Below, piece by piece: positions 38,681 to 39,166 of a stretch of DNA of 39,166 nucleotides. The stretch comes from an uncultured Pseudomonadota bacterium (GTDB lineage: Bacteria > Oederibacteriota > Muellerivitia > Muellerivitales > Muellerivitaceae). A model generated the notes under the pieces. The model made no database searches, was not told the DNA's origin, and was given only the letters and a program-made list of their open reading frames with translations. Where the stretch lies: NCBI GenBank assembly GCA_963843375.1, contig CAWJKT010000020.1, positions 1 to 39,166 on the forward strand, read 5' to 3'. The translations under genes and the position numbers were made by a program. The first letter of the stretch is position 1. Every line of letters begins with the position of its first letter.

Positions 38681-39166
<486 letters not shown>

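Overview
Bacterial chromosomal segment, almost all on the + strand, probably from a deep-branching diderm lineage: Firmicutes-like gene order together with an MlaEFD/MCE transporter. 1-5.8 kb holds the 3' end of a YfhO-like gene, a 1438-aa secreted DUF11/Thr-Pro-stalk/FlgD-Ig-like surface protein and a small secreted protein. 5.9-13.1 kb is a sugar-metabolism cluster (fbaB, ArsC/Spx-like, PfkB kinase, RhaD-SDR fusion, pfp) plus an RDD protein. 13.3-29.6 kb is housekeeping: rpsF-ssb-rpsR-DUF2232-rplI-dnaB-alr-mlaE-mlaF-mlaD, then hypothetical-radA-ispD-ispF-gltX-cysE-cysS-rlmB-tRNA-Thr(TGT). Directly after the tRNA begins a mosaic putative mobilisable island. It carries 10-bp-phased repeats, a type IV coupling protein with a MOB_C/Replic_Relax-like relaxase, a HEPN (RxxxxH) protein, secreted proteins, an M23-like fragment, a DUF697-like/membrane/J-domain group and two paralogous 75-aa genes. 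No integrase or second att site is visible. The window ends in an apparent nanopore adapter remnant (AGCAATA) followed by (TG)n and (TATC)n. Single-base frameshifts cluster at 15.0-20.6 kb and 36.5-38.5 kb, including in dnaB, and are most likely sequencing errors. Best leads: the tRNA-Thr island, the duplicated 75-aa gene family, a shared GTATAC-N3-TGTATA operator-like palindrome upstream of dnaB and of the radA unit, a DnaA-box-like cluster before dnaB, and the T9SS-CTD-like C-terminus of the giant surface protein. All family assignments come from motif recognition by eye, not database searches.
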